Shown here piece by piece: positions 11,475 through 24,314 of a stretch of DNA of 64,000 bases. Under the pieces are notes generated by a model. That model did not search any database. It was not told the DNA's origin and saw only the letters and a program-made list of their open reading frames with translations. Location of the stretch: positions 2,346,201-2,410,200 of the forward strand of contig NC_092670.1 in NCBI RefSeq assembly GCF_964355755.1. The letters are read 5' to 3'. Every line of letters starts with the position of its first letter. Position 1 is the first letter of the stretch. The stretch is from Antedon mediterranea (taxonomy: Eukaryota > Animalia > Echinodermata). A program made the translations under genes and the position numbers.

Positions 11475-12180
11475 AGAAAGAACAAGTTATGGTATCCATG
11501 AATGAGGTTCTTTCCAATGCAAACTTTATAACTGTACAAATAACGTAGTCAATGGTTACAAGCATTTGATATTGTATTGTTAATAATAGAACCATCCAAG
11601 CGATATCATGGACCTGGTTATATGAACAAAAAACAAGTATGAAACGCCAAAGAATTAAACAGAATTGATTACAAGAAGCACACTGTTAAACCATGGATGT
11701 ATACATTATAGGTCCATGGTTTAACTGTGTGCTAAAAATCTAAAAAGTATATGTTTTTTATAAGGAGTAAAAGTAATGTTACTCAAAAGTTTGCTATATT
11801 GTTTATTTATGATTTAGTTCTTGATCATAAAAACTTGGTAGTATGAACAGTATGCTTTATGCTATCATTCTAAATTAAGAGATTAACAGTTACGGTATCG
11901 GGGTACAACCAATGCATATGAATGATGCATTCTATCTATTGATATCAATTGTATTGTTAATAATAGAATGATTCTAGCAATGTTTTATGAACAAAGAACA
12001 AGCATGAAACACCAAAGAATTAAAAAGAATTTATTTACAAGCACACTGTTAACTGTGTACTAAAAATCAAGTATGTTTTTTTTGAGGAGTAATAAAAAAC
12101 AAGCCCCAAAAGTTTGGTATCAGTTCATTTATTGTTAGTTCTTGATAGTTAAACCTTGGTATGATCAATATGCTTTATTA
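11475..12180. repeat. Diverged ~400-bp tandem duplication
   Basis: Shared blocks such as tgtattgttaataatagaa, gaaac.ccaaagaattaaa and agttcttgat occur at ~11480-11860 and again at ~11885-12180. Confidence 0.65.
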
Positions 12181-14419
12181 ATCAGGCCGCTCCTGTTTAA
12201 CAAAGTGAATTCATTTTTTCTACCATTCCATATAATACAAAGTTTTCCCAAACTAGCTGAATTATTGAAAGTTGAATGATAATTTTAATTATAGGCTATA
12301 CAGTTTGAAATAGAACATTATTTTTTTTAGTACAAGTTTAGGCTGCAGTATTCAGAATTGTTGTTTTCAAAATAGCACTAATCGTGTTTTTTATTTTTGT
12401 ATTCATTCTTCCTCACATCTCAAATGTGCAATAAAAATATACTGATTTTGTTAAGTGGTACTAGGTTTGACTAATCAATTTGAGATTTTTTTTCAAACAA
12501 TGGCCATTTTTTTTCTTCAAACAATGGCCATTTTTTCAATTTTTGCATTTTTTGGTGTTGAGGTGTTTTTTGTATAATGTTCTTCGGTTTTTTTAAAACT
12601 CTATACAGCTTATTTGTGTAAAACAGGTGCTTTTGTTTGGGACTTTAAAATGTACGTCAATGACTGGTTTTCCTAATTATTAGTATTAGAAATAGCCCCA
12701 ATCAAAATTCCTTGCACACGCTTTCTTGTACCATGGAGGAAATATATATTTCTTCCATGCTGAATTGTACTCAGCTTTTTTCCTTTTGTTGTACCATATA
12801 TTTGTGTAATACCTGTTTGATTACAGTATACTATTTAGAATTGGTATTGTGGTACAGGAGACATTCATAGTTGGTGATATTGTGTTCTTTCAACCAGTTA
12901 ACAAAAGTGTGTAAAATCGTACGATGCTTGAAATCCATTATGGTTATAATGAATTTTCCTTTCTTCCTTTCAACTCAACTATGAAAACAACTAACTTGTA
13001 TGAAACGCCACCGAACTGTATTGTAGAACTATCCTAAAAATATTGTGTGGAGGCAAAACTCAGTTTTATATCAGAGAGATCTGTTTTTTAATAAAGTTAT
13101 ATTTGTATAATTATTTTGAATAGAAACCTTTTATTTTCATTAAATTTATTCTCTAATTATCATTGATAAAAAAAAAACAATTGAGTTTTGGTACTGTAGA
13201 ATTGAAAGTAGAATATCCCATTTGTATGTGAGATGCAATAGTGACATTAGAGATTGATATGGTATCCTACAATTCAAGGAGTTTTTTATTATATACAATA
13301 GGCCTAATTTAATTTCTTAATTTAATCACTTAATTATTAACTATTTTTAATGATATAATGTTTATTGTTCAAATAATTGTTCAAATCATTGTTCAAATCA
13401 TTGTTTAAATCAATTTTAGGGGTTTTTATGTTTACTTTATTGTTTGTAATATTATGTTTCTTCATAAGAGATGTATACGACATTATTCTACAGAGAGAAA
13501 ATAAAGGTAGGAAATAATTGAGCATAATAAACCACCAATAGCTGATTAAGGAAATGTCCAGCTTCCTCTACCTATTTTTTAAAGGATGAAAAAAAGAAAA
13601 GAATAAAAAAGCTAACAGAAAGATTTTGGGGGTGGGGGGTGGGGTTTTGATAGAGGGCGAGATGGGGTTCTTGATCCCACTAAGAGTTAAAAAAAACACT
13701 TTAGTAATACAGAGGGGTAAAGTATAGTGGGAGGAATTGAGGTCAGCCTTACAAAATTAAAAATGATTATTGTAATGAAAATTCATCTTCATATTCATGC
13801 ATCTAGCTATTCCTACAATTTTACACACTTTTTAGACTGATTTAGACCAGGGTGTGAAAGTTCTGCCTTTTTTTTTGCTGTTAATTAGGTCAATGTGTCT
13901 AGATATGCAAGTTGTCTGTATGTGTGTCTGTGTGCATCATTATCATAGTATGTGCAATGGTTTAAGAGTGTACATGTAACAGTTTGTCTTTAGTATCAGG
14001 CGAAAAATGATTATTAAAATATTTGCAACAAATGCTATATTATATACCTATACTGCCATCAAGTCTTTTATAAAGTTATTTTCAACAGCGCCACCAATGA
14101 TTTGTAATATACAGTAACTTTGTGTTGTATCTTCTAGTTGTGTTCCCTTTCAATGTTTGTTTATTTGTATTTTACATCCTTCTATGCTTGATAACTAATT
14201 GTCATAAATATTATGATGAAATATATTAGATATAAAAGAAGAATTAATGACAAAAAAAAACTGTAAATATACATTATTTCAACTAATCATTGTCAATGTT
14301 GTCATAAGTTATCAGAGGTGATTTTGTGTAACTTTTCATATGATAGCAAGTGGTCTCAATATTTGAATATTATATCTTGTAAATAAATTATACAATTGAT
14401 ATATCTATATATAAATTTA

Positions 14420-14863
14420 CACATTAGACAAAGAACAATAATTCTAAACCGCCCGGTGATATACTGAAATTTAATTAATTAATTTGAAACGATATAGATG
14501 AGGAAATCTGTGAGAATGAGAAAAAGTTGCCCCAACTGAGACTCGAACTCGGACCGCCTGCTTGATATGCAGTTGTCCTAACCATTAAACCACTGGGGCT
14601 TTCATGGTATTGTTCAAACTCGATTGGATAGCGACTCTATAACATTCTCGGCGTGGTATGGCGGAACAGCACTAGTCCTCAGTTGTACGCACGCGCACCA
14701 GAGATCAAATTGATACGCCCTCATCTAATCAGTATTTTTGTTCACGTATATATATAAACACATTAGGCAAAGAACAGTAATTCTAAACCGCCCGGTGATA
14801 TACTGAAATTGAATTAATTAATTTTAAACGATATAGATGAGGAAATCTGTGAGAATGAGAAAA
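14420..14863 (-). mobile_element. tRNA-containing element flanked by ~105-bp direct repeats
   Basis: acacattag...ctgtgagaatgagaaaaa occurs at 14420-14525 and 14759-14863, with a tRNA-like sequence between the copies. Confidence 0.65.
14529..14599 (-). pseudogene. tRNA-derived sequence (Asp-like, loop ATC)
   Basis: GCCCCAG TGGTTTAATGGTTAGGAC...GTTCGAGTC...TTGGGGC folds as a cloverleaf with A/B boxes. It has mismatches in the anticodon and T stems and a non-canonical loop. Confidence 0.6.
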
Positions 14864-15319
14864 ATTTATTTATAAATTTATAAATATAAATTTATATATA
14901 TAATCTGTGTAGTTTTCTCATCTCATCTAAAAACCACAGGAATGTTCTTCACAGAAATGTTTTTAAAACCGCTTCGAAATAAAGCACAATAAGTATAAAA
15001 ATTGTATTTTGGTTGTCAAAATTCAATACAAATTTTTTGGGTGACCGCTTTGTGGAGGTAATTTACCATACAAAAAATCTAATTTTTAGTAAAAATAAGT
15101 GGCCGTGGCCGTTTACTAGAGGTTCAACTGTATTTAATTAATATTTAATAATTAATTTTTTATAACTCAACTATCAATTAATTTCTTAGCTTCCATTGTT
15201 GCATACAATTTACTGTATTTTTTAGTTATATAATGATATGTCATACAAAACCGTGATAAAACATAAGCAAAATGTATTCATTTTTTCACTTTTTTTTACA
15301 AAAATATAACTTTGTTATA

Positions 15320-16225
15320 ACTTTGTTATCCTTATTTATCTCAACGTATCGGTTTCTATTCTAGTCAGTCTTTTTCTAGCCTAGAATAACGGCTTGAAAC
15401 GTATCTCTTAATTTCTATTTTAGAGAACACCCTAAAATATCGATTTTCAACGAATCCTTGATAGCAAAGCCTGTACTAATTCAAGTATTTCACTAGCGTG
15501 ATAACAGAGTACGACACTTAGCTTTGTTATCTTTGTTTTCTTAGTAGTCCAACTGAGGAATTCCAGGAACATTGCTTTCTATTCTAGTCTTTTTCTAGCC
15601 TAGAATAACGGTTTGAAACGTATCTCTTAATTTCTATTATAGGGAACACCCTAAAATATCGATTTTCAACGAATCCTTGATAGCAAAGCCTGTACTAATT
15701 CGCATATTTCACTAGCGTGATAACAGAGTACGCCACTTAGCTTTGTTATCTTTGTTTCTTAGTAGTTCCGATGGGGAATTCTAGGAAAGTATCGGTTTCT
15801 ATTCTAGTCAGTCTTTTTCTAGCCCAGAATAACGGCTTGAAACGTATCTCTTAATTTCTATTTTAGGGAACACCCTCAAATATCGATTTTCAACGAATCA
15901 CTGATAGCAAAGCCTGTACTAATTCACGTATTTCACTAGCGTGATAACAGAGTACGACACTTAGCTTTGTTATCTTTGTTTTTTTAGTAGTTCCATTCAT
16001 GAATTCTAGGAACGTATCGGTTTCTATTCTAGTTAGTCTTCTTCTAGCCTAGAATAACGGCTTGAAACATATCTCTTAATTTTTATTTTAGGGAACACCA
16101 TAAAATATTGATTTTCAACGAATCACTGATAGCAAAGCCTGTACTTATCACATATTTTTACTAGCGTGATACAGAGTTTGACACTTCGCTTCATTATCTT
16201 ATTTTTTTTCCACTCAGGAATTCTT
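15320..16225. repeat. ~220-bp tandem repeat x4 (dispersed fifth copy at ~22825-23105)
   Basis: Recurring ttagctttgttatctttg, agcctagaataacggcttgaaac and gatagcaaagcctgtac with a period of ~220 bp. Confidence 0.9.
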
Positions 16226-16410
16226 CAGTTCGTTTCTTGTTGACGTACACACACAACAGTGTTAAAAGAAATGACAATCTGAGGTAGGTGTGTCTCATTA
16301 GAGTGCAATGCTGAATGAACTATACCCTAATAGGGGTTGCTATGGTTATTTATGTTAAAATTCTTGTAATATTTTCCACTCTTCGGGGAGAGAGGGGCTA
16401 TCCAGGTAAG

Positions 16411-16604
16411 CAGTGGCATAATGCAGAGGGCTGAGGCCCCTGGTTTAGGAAACCTAAGTGGTCCTCGGCCAAGTTCCAAAGCTGGAGGCCTTGGACGTTT
16501 TAAGCCTTTTTGGCATATTTTAATGCCCATTTTTCCTATGGGCCCATATAAGCTCCAGGGACCCTGGGTTTACCCAGTGAGCACTCACAGCCATTACGCC
16601 ACTG
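16411..16604. mobile_element. hAT-type MITE
   Basis: TIR CAGTGGC(A/G)TAATG and perfect 8-bp TSD CAGGTAAG at 16403-16410 and 16605-16612. Confidence 0.85.
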
Positions 16605-16689
16605 CAGGTAAGTTGCACTCATAGACTACCAACACCACAGTTGATTTGTGTAGTCTAACTTGGGTCATTGAGGGAATGGAAATAAATTA

Positions 16690-16880
16690 TCTAAACTCGT
16701 CAATGCATTAACTTCATTAATCATTTTCTTTTCATCAAGTTTCTTAAATTCTGAATTCTTGAATTCATTCATCTTGTCTCCTACTCTTGAACTTGAGCTC
16801 GCTGATTGCCATTTTGTTTAGATTTCCTTGGGCATGTTCGTTACACCATTCAGGTACTGTTAACAATCCATGTTGATAAT
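16690..16880 (-). pseudogene. Decayed DED exon remnant
   Basis: Translates GDKMNEF...DEKKMINEVNALTSL, matching the end of the DED exon at 60274 (GEKMDKF...DRKMMKEVEALTTL). The 5' part is disrupted. Confidence 0.55.
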
Positions 16881-17559
16881 TCTACAAGAAAGTAAATACA
16901 AATTGCTATGTTTTTGGTTTTATATATATAAATTTATATAAATTTGAAAAATATAAGAAATAGAAAAAAGTTTTTATTAAAATACCATAACAATAATTCA
17001 ATTTTTTAATTCAGTAATTCAATTTTTTATTTCAATAATTTAATTTCGCCATGATTTTTATTGCTGGCCTAGGTACTTTCACTTGTGCGCTCGCATCGTG
17101 CGGTTTATAGCGTAAGCCTGCCTGGAGGAGGCGTAGAATGTAAGACCACAGCGTTGATAGTCTGATTTGCAATAAGTTTATTGTTAAATTTTTAATCATG
17201 TTTTATGGCGTTCTCTTCCTGTTTTGTAATTTTTTACCTTTTGTATTGTTACATATTTTTATATATCTGTAAAACGAGCAATGAATTTCCGAAAGGATTA
17301 GTGAAAGATAATTTGAATTTGAATTTTTATTAAGCCAGTGGTTTCATCTTGGGCTTAAGTCTAGGCTTACGACCTTTATTATAATCTGCCCCTCGTATTT
17401 TCACCCATGAGTTAGATGTATATATACCATACTGTAAATAGAAAATTCCTCAATACAATCAAATAAGAACTGTAACTCACAATTAATAAATATTAATGTG
17501 AACTAGGAATTACAATTCTGCAATAATAGAACCCCCAACTCTATTGAAATAAAACATAC

Positions 17560-17604
17560 TTTCTGCATTGCTTTATGGTCCAGCTTCACTTCTTGATCGT
17601 TTAC
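17560..17604 (-). pseudogene. 45-nt linker micro-exon paralog with in-frame TAA
   Basis: tag|GTAAACGATCAAGAAGTGAAGCTGGACCATAA...|gtatgt. The paralog at 60064-60105 has TCA at this codon, and the flanking intron is also paralogous. Confidence 0.6.
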
Positions 17605-18013
17605 CTAAAAAGAAAGAATTTTAGGACAGTAATTACAATATCCATGTTGATGAATACTATTACTATATAACATTTTATTTAAACTTCCAAGAGACATTTT
17701 GAATTAATCAACAACATAAAATATTAAGATTTAACTTGTTATTTTGTGTTACTTTTTGGTAACTTTATACAACCAAACTACAATACAAGTTGCAAAATGA
17801 CATTGAAATCATTCGCTAAAGTACCACGTCAGAACATAAGTCAAACTGCACCTGATTAAACTTTAGTTATATAGCAGTTTAATAAGTTAAATTTGACTAC
17901 TATACAGTAATACTCATTTGGGTATTCATGCTTTAAAATAAAAAATAACAATGACCGAAAATTTGTTCAAATAGAATCATCATGGCACTAAAGAAAAGAA
18001 AAAAAAGACATAC

Positions 18014-18058
18014 TTTTTGGAGGACTTGATGGTTCAGCTTTTCTTTTTGATCGTTTAC
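18014..18058 (-). CDS. 45-nt phase 1-1 basic linker micro-exon (GKRSKRKAEPSSPPK)
   Basis: acag|GTAAACG...CCAAAAA|gtatgt. Paralog of the 17560 and 60064 micro-exons. Confidence 0.6.
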
Positions 18059-18156
18059 CTGTAAAAAAAGTGGTTTAAACAGTTTTGTTTTTTCCTATAG
18101 ACCTATCTCAAGTGTGATATACTGTAAAACTTTTTTTTTCTTCTTTCTAATCCATA

Positions 18157-21100
18157 TACTCTAGTAGCCAGATCAACTTTCGTATGCACTTTGAGGTCCA
18201 GAGAATTTGACTTCAGAAATTGGTTTAGGGTGGTCAAACAATCATTTTTGGCTTGGTTACACATTTTGAAAATGTGGTGAAAGGTCAAAAGGTCAGGGTG
18301 AAAGGTCATAAGACCAAACACCAATATGTCCTTAAATCTGAACAACCACTGGTCACAGCGAAGTAATTTTGGTCTCAAATTGATCAGAAGGTATACATTT
18401 ATATTCAGTCTAATGGGACATTTTAGTTTAAAATGACCGGAAATGCCATTTCTGACCTTTGACCCACAACCCAGGGCATATATTTATCTCCGTAACTACT
18501 GGTCGTAGACACTTGAATTTGGTTTTAAATTGTTCGAAATATATATTTTGTTATATGAAAAACATTTTGAAAAATGTTACAAAACGTCAAAGGGTCAGGG
18601 TCAAGGGTTATATAAACAAATAAATAAAGGTACTTGTATCTCGGCAACCACTGGTCGCAGCAAGTCAATTTTGGTCTCAAAATGTTCAGAATGCATGCAT
18701 TCATATTCCGTCTAATGGGGCATTTTAGTAAAAAATGATCAGAAATGCCATTTCTGACCTTTGACCCACATACCAGGGCATCTTCATATCTCTGTAAGTA
18801 CTGGTCGTAGAAACTTAAATTTGGTATCAAATTGTTTGAAATATACATATTTACATTCATTGTAATAGAAAATGTGGTTAAAAGATGAACAGAAAATACT
18901 ATTACTAATGTTTCAAACAAAAAACATATCTCTACACAACTTTTCACAATATGATACTTTAAATTGTTTCAATTTCAAGTAGGCCTACTAGTTATTGCTG
19001 TCCACGAGAACATTTTGATATAAACGTCAAGCTCAACAGTTCTTTTCAGAATGCTAGAAGTAACTTGCCATGTGTATCCGATTAAACGCCCCGGGCATTT
19101 ATTGTTCAAAAGGGTTTTTAGGGGGAGGAGAGGCATCTTTATTTGGGGTATAATATGGTAACATGTATAATCAAATAAATACCACCTAGATGTAAAAAAA
19201 TACAGCACAATTAATATAAAAAAATGATAACATTATGTCAAAATGCTTGGTAAATTGTAGATTATGGTAATTAATGAAATGTGTTGTGATACAATTATTT
19301 TGTAAATGCATGTGGCGGAGCGTTTATTCCACATGATGTTCTATTGGAGGGAATGGAGGCTTTTATTCAAAGCGGGTGTTAATTCGAATAAATACTCGAG
19401 CTCAACAGTTAAGAATGCTAGAAGTAACTTACTATAGTTACCCGAATAAAAGGTCCGGGTATTTAGTTATTCAGGGAAGGCGTTTATTTTGTTTGGGTGT
19501 AATAATGGTAACATGTATAATCAAATAAATACACCCCAGATAAAAAAAAAAAAAAATTAATATAATAAGAATAATAACTGGATTAAACCTCATTCTATCC
19601 TGTTGCAAGTACAATCATGTAATAAAAGGTATCACAGACAACTATAATAGACCAATTCATTGTCATTATTCCGTAACACTGTTGCATAATATTTTTGAAT
19701 GTTACCGACAAAACTTATAATATGTATAAGTTTTGTCGGTGTATATTATACACGTCTGTTCCCAGTGTAGATAATAAAACAATATATGTTTCTGGAGATT
19801 TATTATCAATACCACTAGAAACTTTGACATGTTTTAGGTACTGAATTCATTGATAATAAAAGCATCAGAAGTTATCATGATAAAATCATACTACAACACT
19901 GTACTACAGTACACAAGGGTGTTTTCAGGAAAGCTGGACATATTGTACAATAGTAATGAAGCTATGTATTGGCATTTAAAAATATGCAAAAGATTGTTGT
20001 CAAATTGTAGTCACAAACAAACAGATGATAGAATGAAGATCCATTATGAGTGCAATTGTGTCAGGATAATGATGTGTCATTGTTTTATATCATTATACTG
20101 GCACCTGGAAGAGAAGATCCATTTAATGTTATCTATGACAGTGTCACTTTTATTCTAAAAGACAGAAACATTTCGTTAAAAAGCATAAAGAAAACAACGA
20201 ATCATGTAAAGTACCTTTTATCAGTTGAGAAACGAATTATAATTATTAAAATTAGAGTATTTATTCGAATTAACACTGCACCCGCTTTGAATAAAAGCCT
20301 CTCTCAAATAAACGCCACCATTCCCTCTAATAGAACACCATGTGGAATACGCCCGCCACATGCATTTACACAATAATTGTATCACAACACATTACATTAA
20401 CTACCATAATCTACAATTTACCAAGCATTTTTTTCACTTTTTGATATTAATTGTGCTGTATTTTTTTTTTACATCTAGGTGGTATTTATTTGATTATACA
20501 TATTACCATATTATACCACAAATAAAGATGCCTCCCCTGCCCCTAAAAACCCCTTTGAACAATAAATGCCCGGGGAGTTTAATCGGATACACATGGCAAG
20601 TTACTTCTAGCATTCTGAAAAGAACTGTTGAGCTTGACGTTTCTATCAATGTTCTTGGGGTCAGCAATAACTAGTACTTGAAATTGAAACAATTTAAGTA
20701 TCAGTTATTGCATAACATTACTGTCTAAGGATAAGTTATGTAGAGATATGTTTTTTGTTTGAAACATTAGTAATAGTATTTCTGTTCATTTTTTAACCAC
20801 ATTTTCTATTAAAATGAATGTAAATATGTATATTTCGAACAATTTGATACCAAATTTAAGTTTCTACGACCAGTACTTACAGAGATATGAAGATGCCATG
20901 ATATGTGGGTCAAAGGTCAGAAATGGCATTTCTGATAATTTTTGACTGAAATGTCCCATTAGATTGAATATGAAAGCATGCCTTCTGAACATTTTGAGAC
21001 TAAAATTGACTTGCTGCGACGAGTGGTTGCCGAGATACAAGTATCTATTTTTATTTGTTCATATAACCTCTGACCTTGACCCTTTGACCTTTTGTAACAT

Positions 21101-21516
21101 TTTTAAAAATGTGCTACAAATAATAAATATTTATTTCAAACAATTTAAGACCAAATTTAAGTGTCTACGATCAGTAGTTACGGAGATACATACATGCCCT
21201 GAGGTGTGGGCCAAAGGTCAGAAATGGCATTTCCGGTCATTTTTGACTAAAATGTCCCATTAGACTGAATATAAATGTATACCTTCTGATCAATTTGAGA
21301 CCAAAATTACTTCGCTGTGACCAGTAGTTGTTGAGATTTAAGGACATATTGGTGTTTGGTCTTATGACCTTTCACCCTGACCTTTTGACCTTTCGCCACA
21401 TTTTCAAAATGTGTAACCAAGCCAAAAATGATTGTTTGACCACCCTAAACTAATTTCTGAAGTCAAATTCTCTGGACCTCAAAGTGCATACGAAAGTTGA
21501 TCTAGCTACTAGAGTA
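18157..21516. repeat. 3.4-kb inverted duplication (~1.24-kb arms, ~0.85-kb spacer) of TE-derived sequence
   Basis: 18157-19397 is the reverse complement of 20254-21516. The outer end TAGTAG..AGATCAACTTTCGTATGCAC also occurs at 62541. Confidence 0.9.
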
Positions 21517-21775
21517 ATAGGAATACTATATTTATTTTTCTGATGTACATGATCCCAAAGATGTTTGTGCACTATAATTATTGATCAGTATTAGAAGAAA
21601 TGTTATAAAATATTAAAGACATTTTTCCTTTAATTTTGGACGTTTTGTTAGAATATTGCGTATTAATGTATTACTTCAAAAATATTAAACTAGATCATTT
21701 CCTGTCTTAAATGTATGTTATTTGGTTAATTATGATGAAAAGAGAAAAAACAATGCACTTAAGCTAAGTAGCTAG

Positions 21776-22636
21776 GGGGAACAGACGATCGGGACCACGG
21801 ACGATTGGGCCCAAGACAATCGTGCCCACATTTTGCGGTCCCGAACGTCTTATGTGTTGGGCCCGATCGTCTTACTAGTTGGTCCCGATCGTCCAGTATT
21901 TTCAGAACCACGTTGGGCCCGATCGTCTTACAAGTTGGTCCCGATCGTCTTAGCGTTGGGCCCGATAGTCTTTTGTGTTATATAAAATAATGTGCCACAT
22001 TTCATTCCTAGTGCTTAGTGTCAACGTGCTTTTCTTGCGTAAATTAGATTTTAATTAAAAAGGTTAATTAGATTTTTCTGATTTTATCATAATTTTCCCC
22101 TAATTAACACTACTGGTTTTAAGAATTTCTTACCAAATATTTATGATAAATGTGATTGATTGTGATAATATTATTGTGTTGTATGTAGGCCTAGGCTAGG
22201 CCTATTCCCGTATTTAATTTTTGCTCTATACAGTGTGATATAACTTGACTTCTCTCTCGCGACAAAATTAATAGGACATGTGTGAAACCTAATTCGGTAA
22301 TGTACATATTTTCATATTTTTCTGACTTTTAAATCAAATAATTATTTTTTTCTAATTTTTGAGAATGTTTTGGGTCTGATCGTTTTATTCATTGGGCCCG
22401 ATCGTCTCTGGTCCCGATCGTCTTTCACCCTTGATGGGCCCGATCGTCTTTCACCCTTGATGGGGCCGATCGTCTGGGCCCGATCGTCTCTGGTCCCGAT
22501 CGTCTTTCACCCTTGATGGGCCCGATCGTCTTTCACCCTTGATGGGGCCGATCGTTTCACGATTTGGGCCCAATCGTCTTGAAGTGGGCCTGATCGTCTG
22601 GGCCCAATCGTCTGTGGTCCCAATCGTCTGATAACT
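21776..22636. mobile_element. Foldback/MITE with GGGCCCGATCGTCT tandem-repeat arms
   Basis: Imperfect TIRs (..CAGACGAT / ATCGTCTG..) and 8-bp TSD GTAGCTAG at 21768-21775 and 22637-22644. Confidence 0.8.
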
Positions 22637-24039
22637 GTAGCTAGCGTCAAGTGCCCTCACTTGGGCCTAGTCTATTTAGGCATGGTTTTGTAGGCCTAGC
22701 TGGTAAACAGCGGTAATATATGAACATTGTACGCTAGCTATAGGCCTATGCTGGCCTTGTCTCCTTGCTGAATTAATTGTCTTTCTTTTTTTGGAAGAAT
22801 CCTTTTGGAAATTGGGGAAAACCCTGAGTACGACACTTTCTTTGTTTTCTTAGTAGTTCAACTGAGGAATTCTAAGAACGTATCGGTTTCTATTCGAGTT
22901 AGTCTTTTTCTAGCCTAGAATAACGGCTTGAAAATTACGTATCTCTTAATTTCTATTTTAGGAAACACTCTCAAATATCGATTTTCAACGAATCACTGAT
23001 AGCAAAGCCTGTACAATTCACATATTTCACTAGTGTGATAACTGAGTACGACACTTAGTTATCTTTGTTTTTTTTAAGTAGTTCCATTCAGGAATTCCAG
23101 GAATTCTTCAATTTTTTCAATTCATTACACACATAAACAGTGTTACGAAAAGGAGTAATGACGATTTTAGGTTTTAGGTACGTTGAACAGACTATACCAT
23201 TATCCCGGAGAAGGAAATTGTAACAGTTTTCTACAATGATCTGAAAAGTTCGTAATTGGAACATCTTTGAATGTTGGTAAATACCATTGTGGCTTAATAA
23301 CGCTTTCTACATCCAGATAATTTAATAACTTAAATGAGAACACGTATTTGTATTTAAAAGGGAGAAAAAATAGGTATTCTTCGTAAAATAATCAATGAAT
23401 GACAATACAGGACTAATCAATTTTATATAGGGCTATTTAAATGATCAATAATTAGTATAGCGAGTTGCACGGCTTAATATTATTGTGTGTGCCGCTTTTG
23501 GAGATTCGTACCTATGCTAAAGTTCTGTTATTTTTATAAAATGAAAAAATGTTATTCTTAATTTTTAAAGGAAGGGGGTTGTACAGAGGGTTCCCCACAT
23601 CTTCGTATATTATCGACTGAATACTGTATTCAACATTGCGTTGAATTTCATGTTTTAATTATTACCATTTGTTTGACAGTGCATGTATAGGCTATATATA
23701 GTATGCATTGAACGCAAGTCAAAACAAAAATGCGCCACTCTGTGTGAAGAACGATCAAACAATCGGCGGTTCCCACACAGAACATGCGCATCTAATATAT
23801 GCAAAAAATGTTATGTCACCTGTGTTTACCAGATAGTTTTGCTGATTTCTGTGCGATACATGGAAGTGTTATTTCCGGGCCAACTAGAAGTGCCATTTAT
23901 CATTAAATTTATGTGCAAGAGTACCATTTCCGACCATCTAGGGGTGTCATTTTTACCTAAATTCGCTTCGCAAATACTTAGTATCTGCTCCCTAAAATAA
24001 CCCTGAAATTGGCATCACTGAGAAAAAAGTAAGACTTGT

Positions 24040-24314
24040 TTAAGGGGTTTTTTTACCTTCTAGTTCATCAACAATATGCATTTTTTCCATTTCTTTCAAG
24101 ATTTCTCTTATTTTCTCCCACTGGTCTAAACTGCTTTCCTGGTTTTCTCGCCATTGTACCAGTGCTTCAATTGTTGATTCTACAATTTCTTTTGGAAACT
24201 TTGCTTCAATCTGGTGTAATTCTGCATTGTCAATAGAAAGCCTGCAACAAAAATCTTTCCAGCGCTCGTCCATTTTTTCAGAAATCATTAAGCATCCTAA
24301 GTCTGTTATCCTTC
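24040..24314 (-). CDS. Death domain exon 3
   Basis: ISEKMDERWKDFCCRLSI...IEALVQWREN. Phase-1 acceptor at 24314 and possible phase-1 donor at 24057. Confidence 0.8.

Noticed and set aside
14529-14599. Functional tRNA-Asp gene
   Set aside because: Stem mismatches, an atypical anticodon loop and a repeat context point to a tRNA-derived element.
18103-21263. Several 60-140-aa ORFs in the inverted repeat
   Set aside because: Chance frames in non-coding TE arms. Stops differ between the arms and there are no transposase motifs.
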